Assembly (NCBI RefSeq): GCF_032118995.1
Contig: NC_092661.1
Coordinates: 19,590,621 to 19,654,620 of the forward strand
Origin: Asterias amurensis
Taxonomy: Eukaryota
DNA: 64,000 bases
Direction of reading: 5' to 3'
The notes beneath the pieces were generated by a model that did not search any database, was not told the DNA's origin, and saw only the letters and a program-made list of their open reading frames with translations. How positions within the stretch are numbered: position 1 is the stretch's first letter; the number at the start of each line of letters is the position of its first letter. This document shows positions 23,911 to 35,424 of the stretch, piece after piece. The translations under genes were made by a program, and so were the position numbers.

Positions 23911-24633
23911 GTTCGTCAGTGACATCAAGGGAGAAAAGAAATTTAGACAATTATAGCTTAGAGAAGAGAAGTCTGTTGTAATTCTAATGGGTTTGATTTG
24001 CAGTATGAAAAGTTTAATTCAAGTATTTTGTTATATAGTTTTACTTATACCATTGCCTATTCAATTGTGAGGAATTCCACCTTGCTACTTTCAGTGACCA
24101 ACTTGTTCCCTTTTTGACAATATTACCACCTTGCTGTGAAGATATGACATAAAAGAAATACATACTATGACTTCTATGTTTCAAGAAGTTGTATTTTGGA
24201 TATGTTTAGATGGAATTATCGCACAGTTGCTGTAGGACTGTACTCTTGTCAGTTGGCAGGTTGCATAAAATTTGCTTCAGTCGTCAGTTTGAGTGTTTTC
24301 TAGGTCTCTCTGTTTGTCAGCCAGGGAAAACACTGTCGTAAACCACATATCAATCTTTCTGTTGGAAGAGATAGAGGCTCAGAAAAGAGTTTGTAGAAAC
24401 ATTCTCAAAGTTTGGTTCAAATGTTCTCATTTAGCTGGCTGTGTATTAGATGAATTTTCCAATGTTCATCTAACTTACTTGTCACATATCATTACATGTA
24501 GGTACGGTCAGTCATTGGTTTCTTAAAATGCTTGAATTAATGTGTGCACACCTCTGCAATTCCAGCAGTTAACATCAACATTTTCAAGACCTTATCCCCT
24601 GCATTATTACAATTATATTAATTTTTGTAACAG

Positions 24634-24828
24634 GTGACTAAAGCAGAGAGCATTCTTCTACAAATCAAGAAAGCACTGGATGCTGAGGACACTGATGATG
24701 AGAGTGGATCTGAGTCAGCCATTCAAGAACTGAGTCAGGAATTCTACAGTCAGATACCACACAAGATGCATCATAAAGAAGACTTTAAGACAAAGAGTGT
24801 AATCGCTAAGAAGCAAGACCTCTGCCAG
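24634..24828 (+). CDS. PARP4: PARP4 exon 7 (PARP regulatory/helical domain)
   Basis: Acceptor tgtaacag|GTGACT, donor CTGCCAG|gtaata. Encodes VTKAESILLQIKKALDAEDT...QEFYSQIPHKMHHKEDFKTKSVIAKKQDLCQ. Confidence 0.8.
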
Positions 24829-25143
24829 GTAATACAAATTACCATTAATTACTCTCCACCTGATTATACAAGTGAGGACATATGCGGTTATTACGTCATC
24901 ATGAGAAGCATAAAACCATGCTGTAAATTATGGGCATAGAAAGTTTACCTCTTGGCCAGACAATTTTGAGAAGGAAATTTAATCGAAATCAAAAGACAAT
25001 CTAAATTTAAAAAGACTTTGCCTACCAACAACAAAAATCTCAGATTTGTGGCATTTCGAATACTTTAAATGCTTTTGTTACTTTGTTCTCGATGGTTAAT
25101 AAGAAGTGTAATTTTAATTTTTTTATTGAATGTTTCTCTATAG

Positions 25144-25301
25144 CTTATTAAAGACATTGTAAGTGTGAGTGAGACAACCAACTGGTCGAAGCGAAGCAGT
25201 GTAGAGTCCAAGTATAGAGCCCTGCGGTGTCACATCAGTTGCCTTCCTGTCAATCATCCTGAATGCAATGACATTAAGAACTTAATACTCTCTACACAAG
25301 G
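25144..25301 (+). CDS. PARP4: PARP4 exon 8
   Basis: Acceptor tctctatag|CTTATT, donor CAAGG|gttagt. Encodes LIKDIVSVSETTNWSKRSSVESKYRALRCHISCLPVNHPECNDIKNLILSTQ. Confidence 0.8.
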
Positions 25302-25903
25302 GTTAGTCTTTGGCTTTTACTTTGCAGAAAAGTTCACTCATTAGATTTTTAAGCTTCTCCAACATTGGGCACATTCTGTGCAATACGTTATGTTCCTGTA
25401 GGCATATGGAATATGCTAGCAATCCAGAAAAGCACCAGAATGCTGAGCATGTAGCATTTTGCAAAACTTCAGGAACAAAAGTGACCTTGAATACTTAACC
25501 GTTTTGTTAAGAACGCTCCTACCATTCAGACTTTAGAGAACACTCCCTGACTGCAAAGTTAATGAACTATTTTTAACTTCTCAAACTAAAATGTGTCAAA
25601 TTTACAGTTGCTTTATTGTTGCTGACCAGGGCCTTGACTTAAACACAATAATATTTGAAACCTCTTGTAGGCCAACTTTTAGTTAAGTTTTTCTCCAAAA
25701 TGATTTAACCCTCACACATTATAGCGACCCTTTTCATCATAATCTTAGTATTTGGAAGTTGACTGCTATGGAGTTGTAATGTTTTGTCTGCCCTAATTGG
25801 ATGGCATGTGATAAATGGTTTCTTGAAAATAACTCAATTATTGTTAAAAATCGTCCAATAACTTTCAGTATTCTCATTTTGAAATTGATTTCCCTCCCCA
25901 TAG

Positions 25904-26044
25904 GAAGATCTGGCCAGTTAAGATTTTGAATATTTTTGCCGTGACCCGCCCTCTGGAGTTGACTAGCTACAACACTAAGCTTCATAATAGTCAACTGCTG
26001 TTCCATGCATCAAGACCAGCTAACTTTGTTGGTATTCTGTCTCG
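25904..26044 (+). CDS. PARP4: PARP4 exon 9 (catalytic domain, H-A-S motif)
   Basis: Acceptor ctccccatag|GAAGATC, donor TCTCG|gtaagt. Encodes KIWPVKILNIFAVTRPLELTSYNTKLHNSQLLFHASRPANFVGILS. Confidence 0.85.
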
Positions 26045-26342
26045 GTAAGTCAGTTATCCGTATATTTTTTAATACATGTAAATGATCTCATTTTACTCCC
26101 AGTGGAGTGACAGAGTGGTCTAGTACCCCAGACTCTAGCCCTGGTGTTGTCAGAGTTGGAGTTGGAGTCCTGGTCACGGTGTGTCATTGAGCGAGACACT
26201 TCACCCTAAATGGTTCATCCCACGGATGGGACATAAATGACATGTAGCAGCACACATTGGCATGGCTTCTTGGACCAGAGAGAGAGAGAGGCAAATGGAA
26301 GTTTTATGAGAGGTGCTTTGACCAATAGGTGGACAAACTGCA

Positions 26343-26425
26343 GCCTTGATTTTGATGATGATGATGATGATGATAACGATGATAATGATGATGATGATGA
26401 TGATGATGATGAAGATGATGATGAG
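26343..26425. repeat. (GAT)n / (GAT,GAA,AAC) microsatellite in PARP4 intron 9
   Basis: gatgatgatgatgatgatgataacgatgataatgatgatgatgatgatgatgatgaagatgatgatgag. Confidence 0.9.
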
Positions 26426-26459
26426 CCAAGTTTAATTTTATTTATTTGTTTGCAAACAG

Positions 26460-26558
26460 GGGTCTTGTTCTACCTAAGGTAGTTGTGGATGATTTTGGAG
26501 GTGAGAGGACCGATGCTGGAATGCTGGGAAGTGGAATTTATTTTGCTGATAGCTTTGG
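26460..26558 (+). CDS. PARP4: PARP4 exon 10 (catalytic)
   Basis: Acceptor gcaaacag|GGGTC, donor CTTTGG|gtaaag. Encodes RGLVLPKVVVDDFGGERTDAGMLGSGIYFADSF. Confidence 0.85.
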
Positions 26559-26914
26559 GTAAAGAAAACTATTATTTAACTTTGAAATTAAAATTAAACC
26601 AACTACTCGCTGACTAACAGTCCAACTGTCATTTGTATGACTGACGCTCTGTATTTTAAGCAGAGGACGTGTTTTTGGACTGAATATTTATTTCCATGCA
26701 CAATCCATAAAATAATAGGGTACCGGAATGAACAGCAACAAATATTAAAGTTTGCTGATGGAAGCAAGGTCCAAGAAAACTGAGGCCTGCAGTGGCTTGC
26801 CTTTGGAAAACCCTTTGTGTATGTAATCATTGCATAACATTGGCAATCTATGTCTACATTGTGTTTATCAATAACTAACTGTTTCCACCATTTAAATGAA
26901 TGTTGTTGTTACAG

Positions 26915-27098
26915 TACAAGTGCCAAGTACTCCCACATTAGCCAAACTACAGGAACTCGACTCATGGCAGTAAACCAAGTAGCACTAGGAAACTGTCATG
27001 ACACAACGGTCTACCAGAAAGATCTCCTGAAGCCACCTGATGGATTCCACAGTGTACATGGCGTCAAGCACAATGGCACCAACCATTCAGACTTTAAG
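26915..27098 (+). CDS. PARP4: PARP4 exon 11 (catalytic)
   Basis: Acceptor tgttgttacag|TACAAG, donor TTTAAG|gtatta. Encodes TSAKYSHISQTTGTRLMAVNQVALGNCHDTTVYQKDLLKPPDGFHSVHGVKHNGTNHSDFK. Confidence 0.85.
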
Positions 27099-27283
27099 GT
27101 ATTATTCATTGGAGTTTTAAAAGACTCATGTCAATGTGTGAGGAGTTGAATCGAGGAGTTAGTTTTTGTTCTTAGAGTTGGAATGAAATGCTACTCCTGA
27201 GAATTTCAACTTTTATAATTTATAAGGTACTACTCCATCAAAGTGAAATTAATGTAAAATTCAAATGGATATAAGTGAGTCTT

Positions 27284-27674
27284 AAAGCCAGTGGACACTA
27301 TTGGTAAATGTCAAAGACCAGTCATCTCACTTGCTGTATCTCAACATATGCATAAAATAACCAACCTGTGAAAATTTGAGCTCAATTGGTCGTCGGAGTT
27401 GCGAGATAACTATGAAAGAAAAAACACTCCTGTCACATGCAGTTGTGTGCTTTCAGATGCTTGATTTCGAGACCTCAAATTCGGAACTAATGAGCTAGGT
27501 CTCGAAATCAAATTCGTGGAAAATTACTTCTTTCTCAAAAACTACTCCACTTCAGAGGGAGCCGTTTCTCACAATGTTTTATACTACCAACCTCCCCCCA
27601 TTACTCGTTACCAAGTAAGGTTTTATGCAAATTATTATTTTGAGTAATTACCAATAGTGTCCACTGCCTTTAAG
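27284..27674. mobile_element. MITE family A (about 370 bp, TIR ...ggacactattggtaatt / aattaccaatagtgtcc...), in PARP4 intron 11
   Basis: Terminal inverted repeats read directly. The same element recurs at 46300-46665, 52171-52549, 53886-54260 (inverted) and 54380-54745 (inverted). Partial copies lie at 17285-17430, 17560-17650 and 48706-48870. Confidence 0.8.
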
Positions 27675-27918
27675 AGCTTTGTTAAATAGAGATAAACAGA
27701 TTCCCTAATGACAAGAGGAAGATTGTTCCTAATTATTTGTGAAGTTTACACCAAATGGTTTTTGACCCATAAATTTTGTTACATTAGGAACATTCGAGGT
27801 GGTTTTCAGGTACTTGACTATAACTGCTATTTCTACTTATTCTATTTCCTGTCACTAGGGTTTTCTTTTACTTATTATACTATTCCTGTCCACAATGGTT
27901 CTTCCTTTTATATGACAG

Positions 27919-28093
27919 GACGATGAATATGTTGTGTACAACACAAATCAACAGCGACTTCGTTACTTGATTGAGTTTTCATTACCCGATGATAAACCGA
28001 CAACCTTACCTGTGTGTGACAATGAGGGCGCTAAGGATGTCGAAGAAGATGTTGATGTGGATAACATTACAGAAGATCTATCAACTCCCATTG
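27919..28093 (+). CDS. PARP4: PARP4 exon 12 (catalytic Glu in DDEYVVY)
   Basis: Acceptor atatgacag|GACGATG, donor CCCATTG|gtatat. Encodes DDEYVVYNTNQQRLRYLIEFSLPDDKP... Confidence 0.85.
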
Positions 28094-28411
28094 GTATATT
28101 TGATTGTACTATATTTCTTTTGCATTTGTTTGATTTCAGCGAGAATTTTAAAGATAATCATAACTTGTTATGGTGAAGTTTAGGGTCGCATCCTGTAATA
28201 TTTCTTTGATGATTGTTTGCAGGCGGCCATAAAAAATTCTTTACAGCCAATAATTCATAAAGGGATATTAACATGATTATGTGAGTATTTGAATAACAGT
28301 GACTTGCAAATTACACAAGCTGGCCAGAGATCAATCACGTGTAACATTTAAGGTCGTTTCTAAACCAACTATCATGTTTTAACAATGATCTTATTCCTGT
28401 TTAACTCATAG

Positions 28412-28542
28412 ATCTCAGCGATGTGCAAAGTGTAGAGAATCCTCTAACCAAGATTAAGCCTGGTCTTCTCTCTAATGCTGATCAACCTATACCATTGAAA
28501 GCTGTCCATGTAAGAGCCAGGCTACTAGACTTGGCTGCTCAG
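28412..28542 (+). CDS. PARP4: PARP4 exon 13 (VIT domain start)
   Basis: Acceptor aactcatag|ATCTCAG, donor GCTCAG|gttagt. Encodes ...PIPLKAVHVRARLLDLAAQ. Confidence 0.75.
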
Positions 28543-28617
28543 GTTAGTCCACTATTGGAGCGAGCAAAGAAACGTTTACTAGAAATTAACAAATTAACCA
28601 TGCCACCAACATACATG

Positions 28618-28690
28618 TAAGCGCTAGATGGTTCAGTTGGTAGAGCGCCTGACCGTTAATCCAGAGGTTGCAGGTTAAAATCTGTTCTAG
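28618..28690 (+). mobile_element. tRNA-like SINE head in PARP4 intron 13 (gcgctagatggttcagttggtagagcgcctgaccgttaatccagaggttgcaggttaaaatctg)
   Basis: Cloverleaf-like with an imperfect B box (gcaggttaaaatc). Not called as a functional tRNA. Confidence 0.45.
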
Positions 28691-28734
28691 TCAATTTTTC
28701 TCTAAATTAGAATTTAAGTAGTCGGTTTTCTTAA

Positions 28735-29110
28735 AGGAACACGTTGCCTTGGATCGGATGAGTTGGTCTATGAAAAATGTTTGTAACCGTTTTTTATAAA
28801 ACGCATATGGTTGGAAAGATGTTTTAAAAGTAGAATACAATGATCGACACAAATTTGCCTAGAAATTAAATGGTTTTCCTTTTACTCTGCGAACTAACAC
28901 GATCGACCATTTATGGGAGTCAATGACTCCCATAAAGGCCGACCGTGTTAGGCGACGAGGTAAAAGGAAAACCGTGCAATTTAGAGGCATGTTTGTGTGG
29001 ATCATTGTATTCTACTTTTATAACATCTTTCTACCTATATGCATTTTATAACAAACAGTTACAGCAGCTTTTCAAAGACCAACTCGACCGATCCAAGGCA
29101 ACGTGTTCCT
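28735..29110. mobile_element. foldback MITE in PARP4 intron 13 (arms ggaacacgttgccttggatcggatgagttggtc...gaccaactcgaccgatccaaggcaacgtgttcc)
   Basis: Terminal inverted repeats of about 33 bp read directly. The interior is also partly palindromic. Confidence 0.7.
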
Positions 29111-29305
29111 TTAAGGTTTGTTAATTTACAATGATATGATTCAGTTTTTCCCTTTGTCAATGTGGGCTATACGCTGTGTACTGGTCGCTTTTCCAGCTTA
29201 CTTCTGCAGAAATAAAATTGTGAATAGATTACAAAACATAACAAAAAATACTTGGACCAGTGTTTGTATGAATGTTTGATGTTCTCATGCTCTCTACTTT
29301 GGCAG

Positions 29306-29524
29306 GTTGTTGTTCTCCAAGTCTATGCTAATGATAGTGACATGCCAATAGAAGCCAAGTATGTATTTCCCCTGGATGAACAAGCTGCAGTGTGTGGTTT
29401 TGAAGCATTCATTAATGATAAACACATCGTGGGTGAAGTGAAGGAGAAAGAAACTGCTCACAGGGAATATAAAGAAGCAATAAGTCAAGGTCATGGAGCA
29501 TACCTCATGGATGAGGAGAAACCG
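29306..29524 (+). CDS. PARP4: PARP4 exon 14 (VIT)
   Basis: Acceptor ctttggcag|GTTGTTG, donor AAACCG|gtaggt. Encodes VVVLQVYANDSDMPIEAKYVFPLDEQAAVCGFEAFINDKHIVGEVKEKETAHREYKEAISQGHGAYLMDEEKP. Confidence 0.85.
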
Positions 29525-30130
29525 GTAGGTCATAGTTCAAAGGTCAATTGTTGCACTTGTAGATGGAGTTTTGAGCGAGTTGAAGCGAGGGAGTTCAAAT
29601 CAGTTTATGATAGAATTGTATGAGAATTCCAACAGCTTAGCCACTGAGTTTATCCCATGAAAAACAAACACCAAGTTTTACTTAAATTGATTTGTACTTT
29701 TGTTACTGGTTGTGATAGGTTCACCTCCAAAATCTGACTGTATGAATAAAACTGTCCCCCTATTTACTTGGTGCTAAAAATCCAAACACAAGCAATCATG
29801 TCCTGATAGTTTACCCAGGGAGGCCATCCCTCCCTCCCTCCCTAAAGCGATGGAGTGAAAAACAACAAGCAACTCCGTGCTGCAGGAGCGGTTTGGAACA
29901 TTGATTGAAATTGCTGACTGATCTGAGATAAATGTGAAATTCATCTTATCTGCTGCTTTGCAAGCTGCAAGCAAACATAAATAAATTGCAATAAATGTTG
30001 TAATGATTATAAGGTAGACTTTTTATAGGAAAACACAAGGACTGATTTCTCTGTCAGAAACTATTGGAGTTGTTGTAGACTTTTTGTGATTTTCTTTAAA
30101 TAATTGTTCATTGTTTAAATTTCTGTCAAG

Positions 30131-30336
30131 GATGTTTTCACTGTGAGTGTTGGAAATCTCCCGCCACTTACGACTGTTGTCATCAAGATAACCTACGTTG
30201 CTGAGCTCGCCGTTGATGGGGATAAGATTCTCTTTACGTTACCAGGAAGTGTAGCACCATGGAGGAAAGACGACGCTTTAGCTCAGGAGACTCAGACAGA
30301 TGTTAAAACAGTCAAAGTCAATTCAGACACAAAGAG
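30131..30336 (+). CDS. PARP4: PARP4 exon 15 (VIT)
   Basis: Acceptor ttctgtcaag|GATGTT, donor AAAGAG|gttagc. Encodes DVFTVSVGNLPPLTTVVIKITYVAELAVDGDKILFTLPGSVAPWRKDDALAQ... Confidence 0.85.
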
Positions 30337-30508
30337 GTTAGCAATATTCTGATCAGGAAATATTGACTGGGATTGGCTTTTTAAGTCACTAATCTTGAAA
30401 TTTGTTGAAAGAAAAAAAAAGATAACAGCACAACAGTAACATGATAGTAAGATCTTTTAAAATGTGTAAATAATGTCTATTCACTAAATTGTCTTTGATT
30501 TGTTTCAG

Positions 30509-30590
30509 AGCTTTATCAGTTCATGTTGCCGTGGAGATGCCCTATGACATCCGAAGCTTGGAGTCTCCAACTCATCCAATCAAACAAAAG
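30509..30590 (+). CDS. PARP4: PARP4 exon 16
   Basis: Acceptor tgtttcag|AGCTTT, donor CAAAAG|gtgaga. Encodes ALSVHVAVEMPYDIRSLESPTHPIKQK. Confidence 0.8.
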
Positions 30591-30704
30591 GTGAGAGGAA
30601 AAAATATTTTCAAAGCTTCAGATCATTTGGAAATTTATTGCCTTCTGAAAACTACTTTTTTTTCTCTCCCTTTTTTACATGTGTGTTTATTTCTTTGTTG
30701 ACAG

Positions 30705-31035
30705 CAAACAGCAGCTAAAGCAACTGTCTGCCTGTCAGAAAAGTGTAGCGGACTTGATGATGGATTCCAACTTCTGATTGGCTTAGCAGAGATTCATGTT
30801 CCCCGAATGTGGGCGGAGAGACACCCCACAGAGAAGGACAGCCAAGCATGCATGCTGACCTTCTACCCTGAGTTTGATGCTAACAGCTCTAGCCAATCAG
30901 AAGTGGTGATTCTTTTGGACTTGTCCAATTCAATGCGAGGAGGAAGCAATCTGCAAGATGCAAAGAAACTTGTGATGTTGATCCTTCATCATATGGCCAA
31001 GGACTGCAAGTTCAATATCGTTGTTTTTGGAACAG
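30705..31035 (+). CDS. PARP4: PARP4 exon 17 (vWA N-terminal half with the DLSNS MIDAS motif)
   Basis: Acceptor ttgttgacag|CAAACAG, donor GGAACAG|gtaatt. Encodes ...MWAERHPTEKDSQACMLTFYPEF...EVVILLDLSNSMRGGSNLQDAKKLVMLILHHMAKDCKFNIVVFGT. Confidence 0.85.
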
Positions 31036-31614
31036 GTAATTAACAAAGAAAACAGTTCCTTTATTCTTTAGAATGAATATTGTTTTTACTTCTACGATTT
31101 CAAGATTGGAAACTGGTCTGGATTTCAGAATGAATCGCTATTCCTATCATGTCATCAACACAAACTGTGGTTTTCATTGTCGCAGTGTGACGAGAAAATT
31201 AATTTCAGTCTACTGGAGTGTCATGGCCGAGCAGTCTATGTGCACTATGTTGAAGCTCCGTCCTTTACAGAGTATGGGTTCGAATCCTGACCTAGTAGTT
31301 AATAATGATGCGTTAGTCTTTGAGCAAGATACGTATACAATATTTGAAGGGACAAAATGCTCTAGATCCAATAGATTGGTATGCACATAAAAGAATAACA
31401 AAACATTTATCTCGGTTGAGAAGGGGTTTACCTTGTGGTTTATCCAAGCACCCTTTTCTACAGGTTTCCTCAGACATCCAAGTTACAGTGATATATTTAC
31501 TTTTGAAGCATTCTTTGTTTCATTACTTGAAATTAAAAATGTTAATAATAACTGTATGTTTATTCACTTCCCTGGATTGTATTAATGCACACTGATTTCA
31601 TCTTCCTTCCTCAG

Positions 31615-31873
31615 ATTTTGAAGAGTTGTTTCCTCAAAGCAAAGTCATGAACAAAGAGACAATGAAAACAGCTCAGAACTTCATGCAAGGTCTTTCAGCC
31701 ACTATGGGCAACACAGATGTCTGGCGCCCTCTTAAGGCATACTTTATGCTGAAAACTGGACAACTCAGAAATATCTTTTTTATATCTGATGGTCATGTCA
31801 GCAATGAAGAAGCCACGCTGGAAACGGTTCGTAAGAACTGTCGTCACACAAGGGTCTTTACATTTGGTATCAG
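31615..31873 (+). CDS. PARP4: PARP4 exon 18 (vWA)
   Basis: Acceptor ttccttcctcag|ATTTTG, donor GTATCAG|gtattc. Encodes FEELFPQSKVMNKETMKTAQNFMQGLSATMGNTDVWRPLKAYF...FFISDGHVSNEEATLETVRKNCRHTRVFTFGI. Confidence 0.85.
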
Positions 31874-32452
31874 GTATTCGTGAATTTCTCACTCATTAAT
31901 CTGGATGAAAATTCCTTTCATATCAAAATCATTTTATCCGTCCAATTCATACATTAACAAGAAATAACACTTTCACTCAATATTTTATACAAAGTAATGG
32001 GACTATGCTTCTCACATTATTAAATTATACTTCGTGTCTTTCAAAGAGTTGTTGTTCTTAGGGTCCTGAGCATTCCTTGAACCATCTCAACTCCTTAGAA
32101 GTATGCACCAGCAGCATAAGTCACTCCTTGGTGATGAGAAGCAACTAAGTGTTTTTAAATAATAATAGAAATAATAAGATTTTCTCAAGGACACAAGTGT
32201 GATGACTGGCACCCACAATTGTATCTCTTTTCTAATACATTTGTATTTGTTGCTCAAAACCAGTTGATAACACTACGTAGAAAAATTGCAAAAACTAAGT
32301 ATACTATTTTTTGATGGAAATGTTTATGTAAAATCACCTCATCTTACAGAGCTCATATTAATAAGCAAGAATCAGGAATCCTGTACCTAATACATCATAA
32401 TAATACAAACTGCATTCAGTTTAATTCTTGTTGTGGTTAATTTGATTGACAG

Positions 32453-32552
32453 TGCTACAGCTAATAAGTATCTCCTACGTGCAGTGTCCAATACTGGAGC
32501 TGGTGCCTTTGAGTTCTTTGATAACAAGACCAAGTCCAAATGGGAAGGCAAG
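32453..32552 (+). CDS. PARP4: PARP4 exon 19
   Basis: Acceptor gattgacag|TGCTAC, donor GGCAAG|gtatgt. Encodes (S)ATANKYLLRAVSNTGAGAFEFFDNKTKSKWEGK. Confidence 0.8.
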
Positions 32553-33105
32553 GTATGTATTTAGATGATCATAGCTAAGGATGGGGTTTCTTCAGCTGAA
32601 GGATGTATATTAATTTTGGTTACTACCCATACACCGATATGTGTTAGCACTGTATACTCAGTACTTTCTCGAGTCCTGTGAAAAAATATCGCAGGCATGT
32701 TACTCGGGTGGGATTCGAACCCATGACCCTTGCAATTCTAGAGCAGTGTCTTACCAACTAGACTTAAGCCATGTGCAATTTGTGTGTGATTTGTCTTAAT
32801 AGCCAAAGCATTTTTTTTGGTTTTTATTAGATGTTGACCAGTTTTCATTATATCAGGTTTTTGACAGTGATACTTAAGTTAATTAGGGCTCAATGTCATT
32901 AGATACTAATAACAAATTACAGATTGGAGCTTGCAGATAACCTTTATTGTTCAGCTACTAAGCAAGTTTTATTCTGTGCTTCACATACATTTTTGCTCAG
33001 TGAATCGTCGAACAAGGATCATTCCAACAGATCAGAAAAATTGCAATTATGTTAAAGAAGTGTTTAAACAATGTTTGATTTCATCTTGCTGATTGCTTCT
33101 TACAG

Positions 33106-33276
33106 GTCAAGACACAGTTAAGTAGAGCCTCAGAGCCGGTTCTGTCGTCTGTCAACGTCAAATGGTGTCAGTTTGACGATGATGCTCCAACTCCGATCCA
33201 AGCACCCAATCACATCACTTCATTATTCAGTGGTGCTCGGCAGGTTGTTTATGGCTTTGTACCGTATTGCACTCAG
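33106..33276 (+). CDS. PARP4: PARP4 exon 20
   Basis: Acceptor gcttcttacag|GTCAAG, donor ACTCAG|gtattc. Encodes VKTQLSRASEPVLSSVNVKWCQFDDDAPTPIQAPNHITSLFSGARQVVYGFVPYCTQ. Confidence 0.8.
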
Positions 33277-33514
33277 GTATTCAAACAAGCTCTTAAATTC
33301 AAGTGTTTATTTTATTTTTTAAAGATAATTATTGAAACTTAAAACTTTGCTCTTTTTTTTAAATGTTGTTGAAATTGTATATCATCGTAACAAGGTTAGA
33401 TTTTGTTTTTGTATGGGTTTTTCTTGATACCATATCATCGGTTTCCAGATATATTTAGACATGATTGGAAATTGTCATAATACTGCATGAAGATTATTGT
33501 TATTGATTTTCCAG

Positions 33515-33595
33515 GCTACATTAACAGCAACAATTAATGGCCATGAGGTATCTACAATGGTATCAACTCATGAGCTTAGCATCACACGTGGAAAG
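33515..33595 (+). CDS. PARP4: PARP4 exon 21
   Basis: Acceptor gattttccag|GCTACA, donor GGAAAG|gtaagc. Encodes ATLTATINGHEVSTMVSTHELSITRGK. Confidence 0.8.
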
Positions 33596-33957
33596 GTAAG
33601 CACTTTGCAAAACGTTAGAAATACTTAACATGCCAGAAATACAGGCTCAAACCCCTTCTCTTCTTATTAAGTCTAACTTGGTTCTTTTGCATGCATAAAG
33701 TAACATGGCTTTACGTCCCTTAGGAAGGACGGAGCAATAATGGTAAAGTATCTTGCCTAAGTGCCACGACCAGAACTCAAACCAACTTTCCACTGTAATA
33801 TTAGAAACACTAGAGATTCTGCCCCATTGCTCTTAACCGCTCTGTCAAAACATGCCACTATGAACTTACTCCCTCAGTATTGTCTGTTTTTAATTGCGTG
33901 TTCAACCAGTTTTTACTTTTAATTTTCCATTTCCAATTGATTGTTTTCTGTTTCTAG

Positions 33958-34140
33958 ATTTTGCATCAGTTGACAGCCCGCAACATCATTCGTGATTGGG
34001 AGGAAGGTTCCTTAGCAACAGATCACACCCAACATGAGGCAAGGAAAGCTGAGCAGAAGACGTACATCGTCAGCTTGAGCAAGAAGTATTCCATTGTTAC
34101 TCAGTTTACTAGCTTTGTGGCTGTGGAGGTCAGAGATGAG
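33958..34140 (+). CDS. PARP4: PARP4 exon 22
   Basis: Acceptor tgtttctag|ATTTTG, donor GATGAG|gttagt. Encodes ILHQLTARNIIRDWEEGSLATDHTQHEARKAEQKTYIVSLSKKYSIVTQFTSFVAVEVRDE. Confidence 0.85.
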
Positions 34141-34745
34141 GTTAGTGAAGCTTTCTGGGTGTGAAGTTGCCTGGTTTTGCTCCTGCGATATACACACATG
34201 CACAATACGCTAGAGTTCATGCAGACAGAGGTGTGATCTGAACTCAAGGCCTTTGCAATGCTAGAGCAGATCCACTTGACCACCAAGCTAGCCCAATACT
34301 AGAGGCAGCTCAAATCCTTAGTGTTAGCGATGATTTATGAGATGTTACTTTAGTCAGACTTGTTCTCAGCTTTCAAAATTTTGTTGATGTTTTTCACAGG
34401 AAGGTAATGTACTACAAGAGTGGTGACTCAGTCTTTAAACTTTGAAGGGTTGTGGCCATGTGGCTATCGCACAGCATGACCCTTCCAGTTTTAAACAGCA
34501 TTTATAATAAGACCTCATCCTCCTCTTTTATTCCCTCATTGAAACCTTGCATCAATAGGTCATAATTCCTTGAGCTTCCTACATACTGCGCTGACTGGCT
34601 GCTGAGTAATAATAATGTTATATTGTAAAATGATGTTCATTTTGTAAGTCATCAACATTTGGTATTGTTTAATATATTTGACCAGGGTAAAGATGAATGC
34701 GTGGAGTCTGTCAACTTTTCAGTTAATTTTTGTTTCTTTTGTTAG

Positions 34746-34871
34746 AATGAAGGTGAAAAAGTGAGGTCAGGGGTCAATGTAACTGATCTATTGAAGGAGG
34801 AGGAAGTTGATTCTTTAAAATATTTGAACTGGCAGAATGATCATTCCCAAGATGCACCTGAAGAAACCATG
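34746..34871 (+). CDS. PARP4: PARP4 exon 23
   Basis: Acceptor ttttgttag|AATGAAG, donor ACCATG|gtaagt. Encodes NEGEKVRSGVNVTDLLKEEEVDSLKYLNWQNDHSQDAPEETM. Confidence 0.7.
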
Positions 34872-35318
34872 GTAAGTACCAATATCAGTGTTCATCACAA
34901 AACCTTTAAGACGCCCTAGCTGTAAAGAATTTGTCCATGTTAGCTTGTCTAATAATAATAATTATATGGATTTATAATGCGCACTTTTCCAGAAAACCGA
35001 TCAAGGCGCCTACACAAGGTCTCCCTTTGCTTCAGCCACCTGGGCCCAGCCCAGTTTTATTTGCTTAAACTCCAGAAGTGATTCGCGCTTGGATAAGTTA
35101 GTGAAGGAGATTGCTTTACTGTCTTTGGGTAAGGGGGATTGATGATTTGATGAAAAAAAAGGATGCAACTTTCACATCCATTGTCAGGTTATTATTAATT
35201 ATAAGTCACACTGCAAAAAAAGTTGTTATTTTCAGTGTTTTTCTTTCTCCTTAAACCTCTACTTTGTTTTTCTTTTGCATCTGGTAACCTAATATATACT
35301 TTTGTTTACATTTTCCAG

Positions 35319-35424
35319 ACTATAGGGCAACTTGAGGATTTCTATGCCATCGAGCAGTGTTATGAAGAATGTTATGAAACATTTGAATCCAACAACGTTC
35401 TGGACAGCATGGACAATGAAGAAG
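35319..35424 (+). CDS. PARP4: PARP4 exon 24
   Basis: Acceptor cattttccag|ACTATAG, donor GAAGAAG|gtacat. Encodes TIGQLEDFYAIEQCYEECYETFESNNVLDSMDNEE. Confidence 0.55.

Noticed and set aside
26237-26482. 81-aa ORF with a poly-Asp run (DDDDDDDNDDNDDDDDDDDEDDDE)
   Set aside because: It is the (GAT)n microsatellite inside PARP4 intron 9. It lies between confirmed exons 9 and 10 with no splice sites.
28618-28690. Possible functional tRNA gene
   Set aside because: The cloverleaf is imperfect (anticodon stem and B box mismatched) and it is followed by SINE-like body sequence. The same architecture recurs at several intronic sites, so it is a tRNA-derived SINE head.
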